Both the position numbers and the translations under genes were made by a program. The notes below the pieces were generated by a model. The model saw only the letters and a program-made list of their open reading frames with translations. It had not been told where the DNA came from and did no database searches. Positions 13,031 through 27,071 of a stretch of DNA of 64,000 nucleotides are shown here, piece after piece; within the stretch, counting starts at the first letter, position 1; every line of letters begins with the position of its first letter. Origin of the DNA: Kudoa neothunni (Eukaryota; Animalia; Cnidaria); the NCBI GenBank assembly GCA_964304625.1, contig OZ199838.1:12529843-12593842 (forward strand). Reading direction: 5' to 3'.

Positions 13031-14922
13031 CTAAGCCACTCTATCAATAAAAACACGAGAGTGATTTCTTGCATTGTTCAATAAACCCCTCATATTCCAT
13101 ATATCATTAGGTGTGTCTGGTTGCGTATTGTTGGACGAGTCAGTAGCTTTTACAATAATATCGATGTTGTCAATAGAGTTGTCCAGTGGTACAGTAATAT
13201 TCCACAGAGTCCACGACCAACATCTACCATTGCGTTGAGTGTCACAATTAGAATTCATATGAGCAGGAATCCAACTGCTACCCCCGTCAACACTCACTTC
13301 AACTGACTTAACGGCATTTCCATTTCCGCTATATGCATATCCAGCGATGTTTAAGCTGTTGGCGGACGAGGAAATTTGTAAACGTGAATTATTTTGGGGG
13401 TTGCAAATATAGGAGGTCACTGGTGTACCCTGAATGGCAGCGAACTTAGACATATCCACCTTAATCATAACAGCTTATATTTACTCATGACAAATAAAAA
13501 TTTATTATACTTTATCACCAAATTTGATGGACGGAGGAAGAACTTTGTAGTCTTGTTTTTGCCATCTCGCCTCAGATTCAACCGATGAAACGGTTATTGA
13601 TTGCAACCATTTGACACTTCTCGCGCCGCACACACCAGGCACAATAACTCTTGCTGGATATCCATGGTCCCTCGACAACTCTTTTTCATTCATGCTAACA
13701 GCAATTAGTGTGTCTGAATCAAATGCCTTATTCAAAGGTATAGAAGTTTCATACTGTTCGACTGAATATAAAACACAATTACCGACCTAAAACTACACAC
13801 GTACAACTACCTGATGAAGAATCCTTATCAGCTCCTCTCATGATTAAATGACCAACCAAATTGTCGGAATATATTGTTCGAAGATGGTCACTGAGAATGT
13901 TATCATGAAGCAGAATTTCGCGAACACGGTAACCACCCCAAAGAGCATTCCCAATAGCACCTCCACCCCATTGCAAACCTTTAACCGGTTCAACTTGGTT
14001 CATTTCTTTTCTACGATTTCCAGCACATTGCAAAGTAGCTGTAATTTGGTGAATTTTGAATAATTGTTTGAGATCGTCCAATGTGTAAATTCGACAATTA
14101 CATTCTCTACCTCTATGATCTGCAATATGTATTAGAGATGGTATAGATTTAAGCAAATTAAATAAGTGAAATGGTTATTTATTAAGTTTCTCTACCTGTT
14201 TTTGGATAGTATTTAGGGTGCTCTAATAATTTTGTTTTATTTAAAAATTCGTTCTCATAGCACACTTCGATTGTATAGTTATGTTTGTCGATAGAAGGTG
14301 TAGGATGATGACTTCTTGCGTAGAACAGATCGGAATCAGTTAGAAAATTTTTATCAAGTAATTCAACAGGTGTCTCAGCATTGAACGGTTTTTCTGAAAT
14401 CACGTTCAATAGAGGAGATCTTTCAGGCTCATGCTGATAGTCATCCTGCCGTTTTGTATCCAAAGTTTTTTCTACATTGTCGTAAGTGAAATCTTCATGG
14501 ATACAGCCAATTGCCATAGAATCCAAATATTCGAATACCTCAGGTTGATTATGGAATTTATATTGTTTAAAAAAGGGATCCAAATATCCCCCAACTGCTT
14601 CCATAATTATTTCACCTCCAGGATGAATCTCAACAAAATCGGTGATATCGTAAACTTTATTTTTATAGATGGTCCAAAATCCGTTTGTAGATTGTTTGCC
14701 ATGCCTCCTGATCTCTTCTATGCTGATGAAATTTTCTTCACTTATTTTACATTGAATTGGGTCAAGAAGTGGATGCCAACCGAAATGATGTAATTTTGTT
14801 TTTGTATCATAGCTTTTATACAAATAACCAAAAACTGAAACTACTCCAATTGAAAACAGAGAACGACGAAGTATTCCTCTATAACGAAAATTTCTATTGA
14901 ACAATCTATTGACAGATCTCAT
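13031..14922 (-). CDS. SUOX: Mitochondrial sulfite oxidase (presequence, cytochrome b5, Moco and dimerisation domains), 4 exons
   Basis: VYDITDFVEIHPGG (b5 domain), PFNAETP, ATLQCAGNRRKEM, DHGYPARVIVPGVCGARSVKWL, GYAYSGNG..VEVSVDGG..W and WNMRGLLNNA. Three short GT-AG introns near 14120-14195, 13763-13805 and 13460-13510. Confidence 0.96.
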
Positions 14923-15422
14923 TTTGGATAAGAAAGGACCAAAAACGATAATTAACGAAGAATATGTAAGTTTCGACCAGAAAATATTTAAAAAATTAGA
15001 TATAAACTTATTTATTCATAAGATAAAAATTAGAATTTTACGATGTTTCGAACGTGCGTTATACGTCCATTCTAAACTATGAGATATTCGGATCATACCG
15101 ACACCACAAGGTTTTATTTTAGATTTAAAATGCACAATCATTAGTTATAATTTTCGTATGTAATATAAATAAGAATTTTCAAAATTCTGTTGTTGAACAA
15201 ATAATATTTAAGGAAGATATGATTTATGAGTAAATTCAATCGATGCGTGAGCAATGCTAGGAAAGGGGGTTTCACAAATTTGTTGCTATCAACTGGCGTC
15301 GAAAGAATTCCATCTCGTATAGAAATAATCTTGTTTTCCAATTGGTAGGATTAAAATTGTTAATCTACCAAAGATAGCAGGTTACGATGTGCAAAGATTG
15401 ATACAATTAATTTTCTATTTAA

Positions 15423-16815
15423 CCTTACCGGGACCAGCCGAGGTCATTCGTGACCCCATTTTTCGTATTTTTTGATTTTTCTATTTAAAAAGAGACTATA
15501 CGCATCTCACAGTTTTCTTAATCTAATTAAATATAATGCGTAATTTTATTTCTAAATTATAATTTAAAAACTATCAAGATGATATGAGATATATTGGTTT
15601 TAAATAACCACACATCAGTAAACTTTGGTTAAAGGTAGACATAATAATTTGATTTTCAGAATTTAACTACGTAAATTAAATAAAATTAATCTGAAACATT
15701 GAAAAATTGTTGAACCAAGTATGGGAGGAAACATTTTGATTTTATCACTCAGTCATCGGGTAATGCCAAAAAACTTAAGGGATTAGTTGGGGGCAGATTT
15801 CCGCGAGAAGTTAACATTAAGAACAGATAAGTAACATTACGTGGGTAATTTGAATTAAATTTATATTTAGCCAAGCCATATAACGAATATCAGAATAAAC
15901 TAATTGATAATAATGTATAGACTGATCAAAGTACTGATAGCGATCTTGATTTGGAAGGTGGCCTATCAGATGCCATATGTTATGAGAACATTGTGGAAGG
16001 TCCAGACCTATGTCTGATTCCCAAAATAATGATAATGAGTGTCAAACTAGTAACAATAAATAAATGTCGAAATCAGGAATTCTGTGGGATATTACAAACC
16101 AAACAAGAACGAGAACTAGAGTTCACAATATTGTCACAAATAATTCGGGACCTTTAAGTGATGCTAAAAATGTTAACAGCATTTCTGATTGCTTTCAACT
16201 TTTTATATCTGACTCTATCCTAGAAAAAATTCTATATTACACGAACAATGTTTGTGATTCCAATAGCAGACACAGAAATGAAAAAAAACACCATAGAAGA
16301 ATTAAAATCTTTTATTGGGATATTAATTGCACCTGGACGATGCAATGGTTCGAAATTATCATTAAAAAATATTTGGGATACAAACCCGCTATTTAAACAA
16401 TATTTTTTCTCTGTGGCCATGTCCAGAAATCATTTTTTTCATATATATAGAGTAATACGGTTTAATGGTAGACAAACCAAACAATTTAGATTTAATTTAT
16501 CTAATAAATTCGAATCAATTCGGGAAATTTTTAATGAAATAAATGATATTTTCCAGAAAGACTATTTTCCTGTTTCTCACATAACTGTTGATGAAAGAAT
16601 GGTAGCACTTCGCGGAAGATGTCCATTTCAAGTGTACATAAAAAATAAACCCGCTCGCCACGGTATGAAGTTATAGGTCGTTGCGGATGTCGAGACGTCG
16701 TATTTATTAAATATTACACTATACACAGGTAGGAATGGAGGCACTAGGGATTCGAAACAGGGGAAAAAGGTTTTCAAGAAACTAATCGAACCTTTTTATC
16801 CTTCCGAGCGCCTCA
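15423..16815 (+). mobile_element. 3'-truncated piggyBac relic
   Basis: Terminus TTAA|CCTTACCGGGACC..GGTCATTCGTGACCCCA. Transposase piece HITVDERMVALRGRCPFQVYIKNKPARHGMKL is followed by a stop. Confidence 0.85.
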
Positions 16816-17393
16816 AAATCGACTATACATACACTTGGTACTTTTTGGGGTCAAATTAACCCCATATTTTTATTCCATGACTGAATTCGACAAATAATTA
16901 TGTAATCATTGTGAAAATTAAAACAAAATTTATCGACAGATTTCTGTTGTATTCTTATTAAGAGTTTCACTACATGCATACGAAATAACTCGAAAGTCAC
17001 GCGAATTAACTGACACCATCTATATTTCTGTTATCTTAGGCTTTGTTGTAACGAATTGGCTGCGATTGCTTAATTACCGAGAGTTTAAAATTATTATAAC
17101 ATTTTTCTGAATAAAAACACGTATTAAGCCCCCGTAATCGTTAATAATAAATTATTTTCCTAATTGATATTTTTCATAATTTGCATCGACGCATATTAAC
17201 TTTATACAACGCTGCCTATGATTCCAGATTCGAAGATTCACTATGGAATTAGATCAAATCACTTTAAAGAGACGTATAACGGTTAATAAGACTAAGAATT
17301 CAAAACGGATTTAATGATTCCAAGTAAAAAGAATGCACAACATCTGAAATAAGAAAACAATAAAATTCTATTATAGATACAGTTATTTAATTT

Positions 17394-18720
17394 TTAAGCA
17401 ATCTGAGAAAAAAATGGTCGATGAGTTTCGCAACAGTGTCTTAAACAAACTCTACACGAGTTATTCGTCTTTCGGTCAGAGTTTCTGGAGCATAATGTAC
17501 ATCTTTTACGGGATTTATGCGATGTAAATTTTGGCATATTTTGAGAATTCGTTTCATTGCATGCTTTTTTAATTTGGAGGAATGGCTTAACAAGTGCGTC
17601 GGCGAGACTTTCCAGAAATTTCGATCTTTTTGTCATTAAATATAATTTGGTATAGACCAAAGCATTTATCAAACTTATACTAATAATGTTGTAAAAAACA
17701 ACGGTAGGCCAATGATTCGAGTACCTTTTTACATTAGTCGAAGCGAGGATACGGTCTGCAGTATCGACTCCACCCTTGGTCTTATTATAATAACCTATTA
17801 CATCTGGCTTTTTATTAGTGTTGGTGGTTGATGTTGCTATAAGTATTACGGCCCTATTTTTCCTTGGTACGTAGGAGCATAACATTTTCTTTTCATTAAA
17901 AAGAAAACAAGAACTTTTAACCTCCCTCGATTTACTGCTTTTCATTATTGGAGGGATATCTCGTTTATTTGCTCTTATTGTACCAAGCATCGTAAGTCCA
18001 AAACTTAATAACTTAGCGGCGAATGGAACAGAGGTAAAAAAGTTGTCGAAAGCAATATTTCTATCACACATTTAGCTCTTTCAGTATTTACTTTCCTCAA
18101 ATAGGCAGATATGTTGTGGCAGTAGTTCGTAACCAGGTCAACCAGTAAAAAAAATTTAGTCCCGTAGACAGCAGGTTTGGGAGTAATGTACTGTTTGAAT
18201 GGAAATTTACCTCTGAAGGCAACCAACTGTTCATCAAAAGTCAAGTCTGCCTTTGGTACCAAACATTTAGAAAGCACATCCTTCCATTTTTCAAATGTAT
18301 CCCCATTAGGGCAAAATTTGTCATGTTCCTGCCTGCTGTCTCTCGTCGTGTAATCATCAAAGTGAAGAGCCTTTGTTATTTCAATAAATCTTGTTAGGGA
18401 CATAATTTTCCTAAAAATTTCTCTTCCTCTACCTACACTCCACAATGACTTCAGAGATTCTAATTTCGACTTATATATATAACCAAATATATAAGAACTC
18501 CGACATAAGCCTTGAATTCTGTAATCGAAAGCTCTTTCCACGACTCTTTATAACGATGGGGCCCAAATTTATTCATGTATGAAACAACATTGTTATAAAA
18601 ATATCATTAAAAATATGTACAAACAATCTTCCAACTGAGAAATCCTATGTGTTGCAAAAGCAGTGACATCAGGGGCTTTATGCATTAAATTTTCCTTCGT
18701 AATTTTCTCTGACTCTGAGT
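17394..18720 (-). mobile_element. Second piggyBac transposase relic, frameshifted, with C-terminal Cys-rich domain
   Basis: LTFDEQLVAFRGKFPFKQYITPKPAVYG, RNIAFDNFFTS, YNKTKGGVDTAD and RKRCTLC..C..C. Termini not resolved. Confidence 0.88.
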
Positions 18721-19033
18721 CATATTTTCAAAAATAATTCCGCTTGATTAAACGGTTTTAAGTGTTCATTACTGTAAATAACAACACTGTGTATTTTTAT
18801 TAGGAAATATTGCCATAATATCATAAAATGTGTAGTACCCCCCTACGCAATAATCCTGCACTATTGTATTTATAATTTACAAAGTTAAAATATTTTAATT
18901 AGATAATAATTTATATCAATTGTCAACTAAATAATCAAAACATGAAAATAAGTACGAGAATATTAGATGGAAAAAAATCTGCAAAATATCACTATAAAAT
19001 ATTATGACAATATACAAAAAATAAAAATAATAT

Positions 19034-20499
19034 TCAAGGTGGTAAGAATAAAAATTAGCTGATGGTGTTGTATATTTTTGTGTGGCGGGAAGTCAATTTT
19101 TTGGCATATATTGACCGCTTTTTCTTAAATAAATAATATATCCACATATAATTATTTCCAATCAACAAAATACATTGAGGCAAGCAAATCTGTTCATGTC
19201 TTGTAGTTCTAAAGGAATAACAATACGAAGAAGTTTCGAAATGTCTTGAAAAGCAAAGTAATAATTGATATAAACACTGAAGGGTATATCCAGATTGAAA
19301 TCGATAATATTCAAAAAGGTGGATTCAAGTTTGTTCCTATAAACAATTTTAATTACACACCAAGACATACATTAAGAACTCTTACAAATGTTCTAGGCTG
19401 ATGCCCAAAAATTGATTATAATCATTATTCCAAACTAAATTGAAAGATAGTATAATCAAAGATCTCTAGTGTTACCGAAACTCACCTCCAAGATCATCCC
19501 AAACTTTGAGAGCCACCAAAACACATATTAGTGTGTAACGTCTCCAATTGACGCGGGAAACGATATTTATTCCACATCGTCGTATGCCACGCTCAATATA
19601 CACCTGAAAAGTGATTTCATAATTAGTTACACCCAATACAACAAAGTACTAGTGCCATAATGATAAACTCAAATGGAAACTTTGTATATGTTATCAAATG
19701 AGAGATAAAATCATATATGGAGGTGATTTCAATGTCGATGTAGTTAAAATTTTCCTCAAACTCGGGGTCAAAATCCTACAGAACGAGGTTAATTTTTATT
19801 TGTACTCAATCAAAATGGAACCTACAGATAATGGGTGCAATGTTTCATTAAATATATCAGGTATATTTTCGAGATGTTTTGAATTACTACTGGATGTGGT
19901 CATTTTACATCTTAAAAATGATATAAAATAACATTAAATAATAATACAGAAACACATACTGTCGAATACGCATCACAATGATTGAAAAAACAAAGCTAAA
20001 AATCATACTACTCAAACAAGATCCATCATCATAGTTAGTTACCATATCAATACAGATCTAGGTGTTTCTTTAGGCGAAATGTATTCCTGTTCAGAGATGA
20101 GAGGCAACTCCAAAACGACACTGTTTTCTAAAAGATAGTAATTTAATTTGTGCCATTATTATAACAAAAAGATATTTCTATCAACCATTAAATTTAGGTT
20201 TGGGAATGAGATTTTCACCAGAATTTAGAGTTTTATCAAACAACCCAATTGAATGGTTGTTGCAAGTACCATCCAAAATCCAAGTAATTTCATTCATAAA
20301 TGTTTTAAATAAGGCTTCATTCCCTATAGAACACATTGATTACATAGTTTTCAGCTATTACACCTCAAAACACCACCTAAATATTCTTACCGTTGCTAAG
20401 ATTATCTATTCTATTTTGGATGTGATCTATTGGCCTATCTTCCGAAATTTCAACATGTTGAGTGATCAAATGGGTATCTTTCGAACAACAACATCCCAT
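19034..20499 (-). CDS. CCNY: Cyclin Y-like protein, multi-exon, N-terminal acylation motif MGCCCS
   Basis: Exons read VYIERGIRRCGINIVSRVNWRRYTLICVLVALKVWDDLG|VWNNDY and NKLESTFLNIIDFNLDIPFSVYINYYF, matching the cyclin Y signature NWKR..[36 protein letters not shown]. ATG at 20499. Last exon and stop approximate. Confidence 0.88.
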
Positions 20500-20639
20500 T
20501 TTAGACCATAAAATTCGGTACAACTCTACAATTATAATTTGAAACTGACTTGCCACACCAATTGTAAAATTATTACTTATTAATGGATTGAATCCTACCT
20601 CTAATGACATCCTTTGATCCAATCCCTAAGAGCATAACA

Positions 20640-21900
20640 CCAATAACGCCCGCAGGTCACCTTTTCTGTGTAATCAGGATGGACGTACGATTCAATCAAT
20701 TATAATATGATTTCGAGATAAATCTATTCGTCCAATAACGTCAGCTCTTTTTCAGTCGATGACTGTAAAATTGTCTCAAATGTGAAATTGTGTATTTGTT
20801 TAATCTAATAATCCTAAAACAAACCAAACGCTTAAATTTCCCTTTTTATTAGTTTGTATTCTAGCGCAGCTGTGGTGGCATAAATTTTACAATATCTCAA
20901 CAAATATTTTATTCCAACTATAGGTATACTGAGTTTTAAAGTCAATATTTTTTAGTTCAATGATAAACTCCTTGTAATTCGATAAGAGGTTTAACTCTGT
21001 GTACTGAGTATGTTAGGTGTAGTACAGTGCACCGAACGGTCGGCTCTGCTTTCTATTTTTGTGTACATTAAAATAGTATAATCGGTATACGTTTGAATAC
21101 ATTGATAAATAAATTGCATCTGACTTTCCCGATAAAACTCCACTTTGAGTTAATATTCTTAATGTTAGTTACTAAAATTTAACTATCTTATTATTCAAAA
21201 CTTTGCTAAGTTATGAAGTCAATCATTATTTACGGAACCTAATGAAGTGATGTGAAAATCACAACCTAATTGATACAGTAATCAATGCAAATAATAATAA
21301 TATATTATTTTTATTCTGAAATAATCGAAAAAATTAATTTCTTACAAACCTAATACAATTTCGCACTACCTGCTCAGTTGATCGACATTGGCGTAGCAAA
21401 AGATAACAAAGTTCAACTACCTGCATCCCAATTTACACCGTATATTTGCACATTAACTACAATTATAATTCTAGCCGGTCACCTTTATTGGATAATGGTT
21501 GTTTATTTTAATCGGCTGAAAAATTAAGTACCAAAATGAACTGTTTTCTAACCTCTGTGCCCAATGATAATTGTAGTTCGTCATATTCATCGTAGTCTAC
21601 ACGATATATTTTTTGACTCAGGTCGGTTTTAGCATGTCAAAATAACTGCCATTAATGGCTTAATCAAACTTATCGTTTTAATTGACCAGCGCAGACACCA
21701 TTCAACCTGACATCACTAATATTGCACTCATTGTTGAACTCCGATTAATTTGATTTAACTTAAAAATATGATCATTAAATACGTAAGCTATACAGGGGAG
21801 ATTAAAGGCTGCATGTTTTCTAAATCGCAGTAGATCCGTAAAAATACCTAGGGAACCAGGAACAAACAACAATCATACGAAAACACTAGTGTGTATTAAA
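20640..21900 (-). CDS. Possible multi-exon gene of unknown function upstream of cyclin Y
   Basis: Three consecutive segments splice in phase 0 across short GT-AG introns (..YRVDYDEYDELQLSLGTE|PIKINNHYPIK|VVELCYLLLRQCRSTEQ.., ~21350-21615). No recognisable family. Boundaries are guessed. Confidence 0.3.
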
Positions 21901-23259
21901 AGTTTTTTCCACTTATTAATATGTATTAATTGTTGTATACATAAACATAAATTATATTTATTTCAACAAAACATCGATTATTTCATATTCAATAAGTAGT
22001 GAACCCTCTAACGACACTAAGGTTGAATCAACCCCAAAGTAGAGTTGAATAACGTATAACTTTTCTCCCTTATTTCCAATGTACTTTAATTCAAGCTATT
22101 ATTCATAAATATATTCTTCTATGGAACTGAGGAAAATTGGATAATTTAGGATTTTTATGTAGCCAAAGTTTGAGGGATACCCTTCAACGATTATTTAGGG
22201 TCGATTCGACCCCATCTTTTTATTCCATAATTTTGTACATAAATTTCATTAAAATTGTTATGTGAGACATCAAAAAAATTTACTGACAGGATTTTAAGGA
22301 AAATCCAAATTAATCATTGAACTAATCTTAATCAACCTAAGCGAACATTGCTCATGCACAATTTCGGCAATCGATTGCACCAGATAATATAAAATACTTT
22401 TCTCCTTCAGTAATAATCTAGTATCAGGATAATATCTATGGTTTATAAATTGAATTTTTTATTCCATAACGATTAGTCTTCTGGTAGTGAATATGAGGAT
22501 GTTATAATTGAGGATCTCTCAAGAAACTGAGGACGACGATCTGGACATATACGATAATTCATTTTTTAACAAATATGGGTTAGTGTAGAATCCCTCAAAA
22601 AGATCTACATCAAGAACAAGCGCAGAAAATATTTTTTTGAACTCTCCGCCGCGCTCAACAATCTATACGATGTTGAGAGTAAAATCAATGCTTAATAGTT
22701 GATATTTGCGGATTGTGCAATCGCCAATTTTGCATTGACCAATTTGTTGGACGTTTTATTAAGTGTTTTAAAATTGAAAAAAATAAACCACGGAAATAAT
22801 ATATTACGTAGGTAGTCTTATGTTATGAATTAGTGTTGGAATGCGTTATTTTTGTATGTTCACAAAATCATAAAGCTACCTTTTACGTTTGTTTTAATTC
22901 CAGTAAAATTTCGCAAAAATTGTAATAACTAGCATAATTAAATTAGTTTGTATAGATGAATCTCATTTCACAATGTAGCCACCGCCTCCCCAGTAAGTAA
23001 TATTAACGATATATGGCGAAGTTGTCGGAATCCATACATTAACGGATTAGCGAAGATTAATGGGTAAGTAAACTTTAATTTACTAAAAAAACTTCCCCGA
23101 TAGATTACTTACATATTATATTAATCGAAACAAAATATTTTTTATTAAAGAAAAATAAAATAAAAATGGTGCTGGCTAAAACTCATAGTGACGGAAACTC
23201 TGATACGCGTGCGCAATTGCATAATGTCAAACAAGGTTATGGCGGGAGAGGATAATTCC

Positions 23260-23729
23260 AATAATAAGTACGTTCTATTAAAAGCACAACGGGGAAGCGA
23301 TTAAATTATTCACACCGGATTTTTTTACGTTAAAGATTAAGCCAAGAATAACACACAATATTGGAGATGTGACGTAAAATTACTAGCTGAAAATAGTCAT
23401 TATCCAACCCCAAAAATTTATTCAATAAAAAATACCTCAAACAGAATAAGTGAAATACCCATAATTCCCAAAAAATTGTTTACAAAAACATCCAGAACGC
23501 TCGAAAGAGAAACCATGTTACTGTGGACTTTGAAATCGATTTAAGTAAACAAAACATTGTTACGCATAGGCAAGAACAATTTTGTTTGTACGATTCTTGG
23601 TCTAAGTCGGCCAATAGAATTAAAATATTCACAACAGATTATAATATACTACACCTAAATAATTGCGAAACGTGGGTACCTGATGATACGTTTAATGTGA
23701 CCCCTAATGAATTTTATCAAGTACAGTAA
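23260..23729 (+). mobile_element. Mutator/MULE transposase relic with FLYWCH-like N-terminus
   Basis: ..GFFYVK..TQYWRCD (FLYWCH-like), then FCLYDS..RIKIFTTDYNILHLNNCETWVPDDTFNVTPNEFYQV, compared with the MULE motif W.MDGTF..P..FYQL. Confidence 0.75.
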
Positions 23730-24074
23730 GGAACCAATTTCACATAATCCCCTCGGAACCAAGAAGAAAAGTGCGCCAAATCGGTCACGTCCAGAGCATC
23801 CAATGAGATTATCGGAAAACCCCAAAATAGAGCTCTTAAAAACCCAGGGTCGCAAAAAAACACAATAGTATTATCAAAATAACAAGCATTTTTATTTTAA
23901 GCGCGTTTTCTAATTATTGTCCTCAATTGAACCGCCTTCATCATCTTGACAACCCTTAGTTAGGAAGGTTGATCTATTTTTCCGGCGCTCAAAGTATCGT
24001 TGACTCACAACACCTCTGCTCACATCATGTATTAGTTTATTTGTTAGTTGCGACGTCAAACATGTATTATTATT

Positions 24075-24290
24075 TCTTCTGATCAATTGCTTTGCGATAA
24101 GTTTACATTTTACAATTTCAACCTTTAATGAGTTAGTTTATTTAGTTTTTACTGTATTCATTAATGAATGAATTCGTTCAACATTTGCTGTAGCTAGAGT
24201 TTCTGTCCTTAGCGTACTGATCAAGCCAATATTTAAAATCTACTTTCAACCAATCTTGATTGGAGCATATATTATTCCACGCTCTTTTTT
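24075..24290 (-). mobile_element. hAT C-terminal dimerisation-domain fragment
   Basis: Minus strand reads ATANVERIHSLMNTVKTK*TNSLKVEIVK, compared with the S.A.VER.FS.MN..KT..RNSL motif. Confidence 0.55.
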
Positions 24291-25792
24291 ATCTTCTTTT
24301 GAAATTTCACGCTTACTTTAAAATAAAATTACGTCAATACCTTCGAAATATGCTAAAATAACTAGAAAATTTTATGACAGCATTGAAATACCCAAATGAT
24401 AATAATCACAGAATAATACGAACAATTGATTAAATAACAATTATCCAGGGGTTGGAAACCAGCGCGTTGCCGATGACCATGATACTCTTTTAAAATTTCG
24501 AATAATTTTAATTCTCTCCATTATTAAGGCAATAAATATCATTATTCTACTTAATTCTAAAACTTATTATTTATAAAATGGTCTCAAAAGATTCAATAAT
24601 CTAAAAGTTTTGTAAATAAACAAAAAAACCCAAGATTCGGCTTATTGCGAAAGAACCCCCATGAACCCAAGGTTGATAGAAAAATCCCAATATCTTGGGA
24701 AAAACCTAAGGTTTGGACGCCCTGGTCACGTCCAATTCCACACACATGCGTCCGCATTTATTCCAGAAAAAATTGACATTTAATAATGATTAAGTTGCGT
24801 TTAAAAAGCTAGTTAACTATATTTTAATTAAAACTCGAGAAATGTATTAACAACAAAATATTATTTTTCAGCAATCTATGAAATACTCCCTCCCATTGTC
24901 GTTATTGGTAGAATAAGACAGTTTCGTCTTTATTGCGAATAAAATTTTCAATGTTTATGATTAAGTTTGATAATTACAATAACGATAAGTCGGAAAGAAC
25001 TTAACCATGAATCCAACAAGACAATTTTTACGCGTGTTGTGTACCATTTAATAGCATAGTAACACTAATTAACCAAATTTTACACGTCATTATGGAAACG
25101 TCCGCGGACCGGATTTGGCCCGAGGCCGTAGTTTGGAGACCCTTAACTAGAGGATAATCCCTATACCCTCGATTTTTTGAAGCCCTAATTGAGACAACAA
25201 CCATAAAAACAGGATCGTACTTTGCCAGTGCGATAACATTTTGTTGAGTTGAATTAATTTCCAGCTCCACCATTATATTATATATTTTTATAACAATCTG
25301 TACATTTTTGAACATATCTTTGTGGGTAATTATAGAGTTTTCGCTTATTTTATTTAAGATTTTGTTTATTTGGTAAATTTTGGAGCATGGTTAATGACCA
25401 TTATCAGTCATTCGTTTTATATTCTAATTTTATATGAAGTATTACATAGAATGTAAAAAAAATTTATTTGAAGATTTCTCGTGATGAAATCAATTACAGT
25501 ATTATTTCCATTTTTTAGAATGTGTAATAATTCCCTAGTTTTAAAATAATGCTACAAAATTATATGACCCTTCAAAAATAAACGTGAAAAATCGGACGTA
25601 TTTAGACATTGCACTGTTCTCAATTTGGTTGAATGTGCACGTGAGTTTTTGTCACCTTCTTGATCATTCAAAAGATAGAATTCACATTAAATAAGAAGAT
25701 GACAATATTTGACAAAATTTAGAATAAGATAAAAAACATGTAAAATCTTCCTTCGTGGTGCCAAAATTTTAGCCGTTTAGTTCGGGGCTACG

Positions 25793-25802
25793 TGCGCACG
25801 CA
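25793..25802. promoter_or_regulatory. NRF1-like motif TGCGCACGCA upstream of RPB10
   Basis: CpG-rich motif 9 nt before the ATG in very AT-rich DNA; it recurs before other housekeeping genes in this window. Confidence 0.55.
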
Positions 25803-25811
25803 AAACACAAG

Positions 25812-26015
25812 ATGATTATCCCTGTGAGGTGTTTCACCTGCGGCAAAGTTGTAGGCAATAAATGGGAATCCTACTTGGGATTATTGCAAACTGAATACTC
25901 AGAAGCTGAAGCTTTAGATTATTTGGGAATGAAAAGATATTGTTGTCGTAGAATGTTACTTACACATGTGGACCTCATTGAAAAGCTTCTAAATTATAAA
26001 CCCATGGAGAAATAA
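25812..26015 (+). CDS. POLR2L: RNA polymerases I/II/III shared subunit RPB10 (RPABC5), intronless CDS
   Basis: [47 protein letters not shown], 67 aa. Confidence 0.99.
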   Translation: MIIPVRCFTCGKVVGNKWESYLGLLQTEYSEAEALDYLGMKRYCCRRMLLTHVDLIEKLLNYKPMEK

Positions 26016-27071
26016 CTTTTTTGATATTATTGTAAGTGTCCCACTGTATTTATTTCTCAGAGGAGTCCTTTTATGCGCACATGAATTGGCTGATTTTATT
26101 CCCTTGTCCTTTAGGTTGATTATTTATGCAAAATTATTTTTTACACGCGGAACATTTGTTTTCAATTTTATTTGAAGCTTTCATTGTTTTATTCCAATTT
26201 TTACAACGGTAATAAGATTATTTGGACTAATGTAAGCCAGTTTGCAACTTAATGTGTTTTGTTTTTACCTTAGTAGGTGGCGTTGTAATGATCATTTAAA
26301 AATTTAATATTATTCAGTCATTTCACATAGATATTGGATTAGCTATTAAATACTGCATACTACATCTAATCTAACAACTAAACTCGTTTCAAATAAATAC
26401 TATAAAAACCAATTGTATGACCCATTTTTCAACATTTTATTTAAATTTATTACAATTAATCATAGCGGCTTGATTATAATTTTTATTATTTTGAAAAGTT
26501 GAAGGTAGATTAATTTAAACTTAAGTTGGCGATACATTGATAACTCATTTAAAATATATTTTAATGTATCTGTTTTCATTTTGCCGATTTTGTTGCTAAA
26601 ATAATTATTTCTCTGCCGCTTAATATTTTCATTTTTGCGATGAAAAATTGTTATTTTGCATAACTTGAATAAACTTTCCCCTAGAAAGTAGCAACTGTAT
26701 TATATTTTTCACCCTACAAAGTAACCTTCAGTCATATTAATTACATCTTAACTTCATTCATTGGCAATTAAAATAGCGAAATAATTATGAATGACAATGT
26801 GTTAAACAAATAAAATCGTAAATGACAAAGAACGGATATTGGAGAGTTAGTTAAAAAACAAAATATAAATCTATTGTTGTGAGCTTCCCTCCTGCCGAAT
26901 GTTACATTACATCCGTTACAGGAACCTCATTCAGTTAACCGGTTCGTTCCCATTGTCTATTTTAGTCAACAATAATTAATTCGTCCATGAACTTAAACAT
27001 ATTAATTATTTTTAAATATGTTATTCATATGATCAACATAAGTTGGTACTCTATACATCTTATGTGAAATG

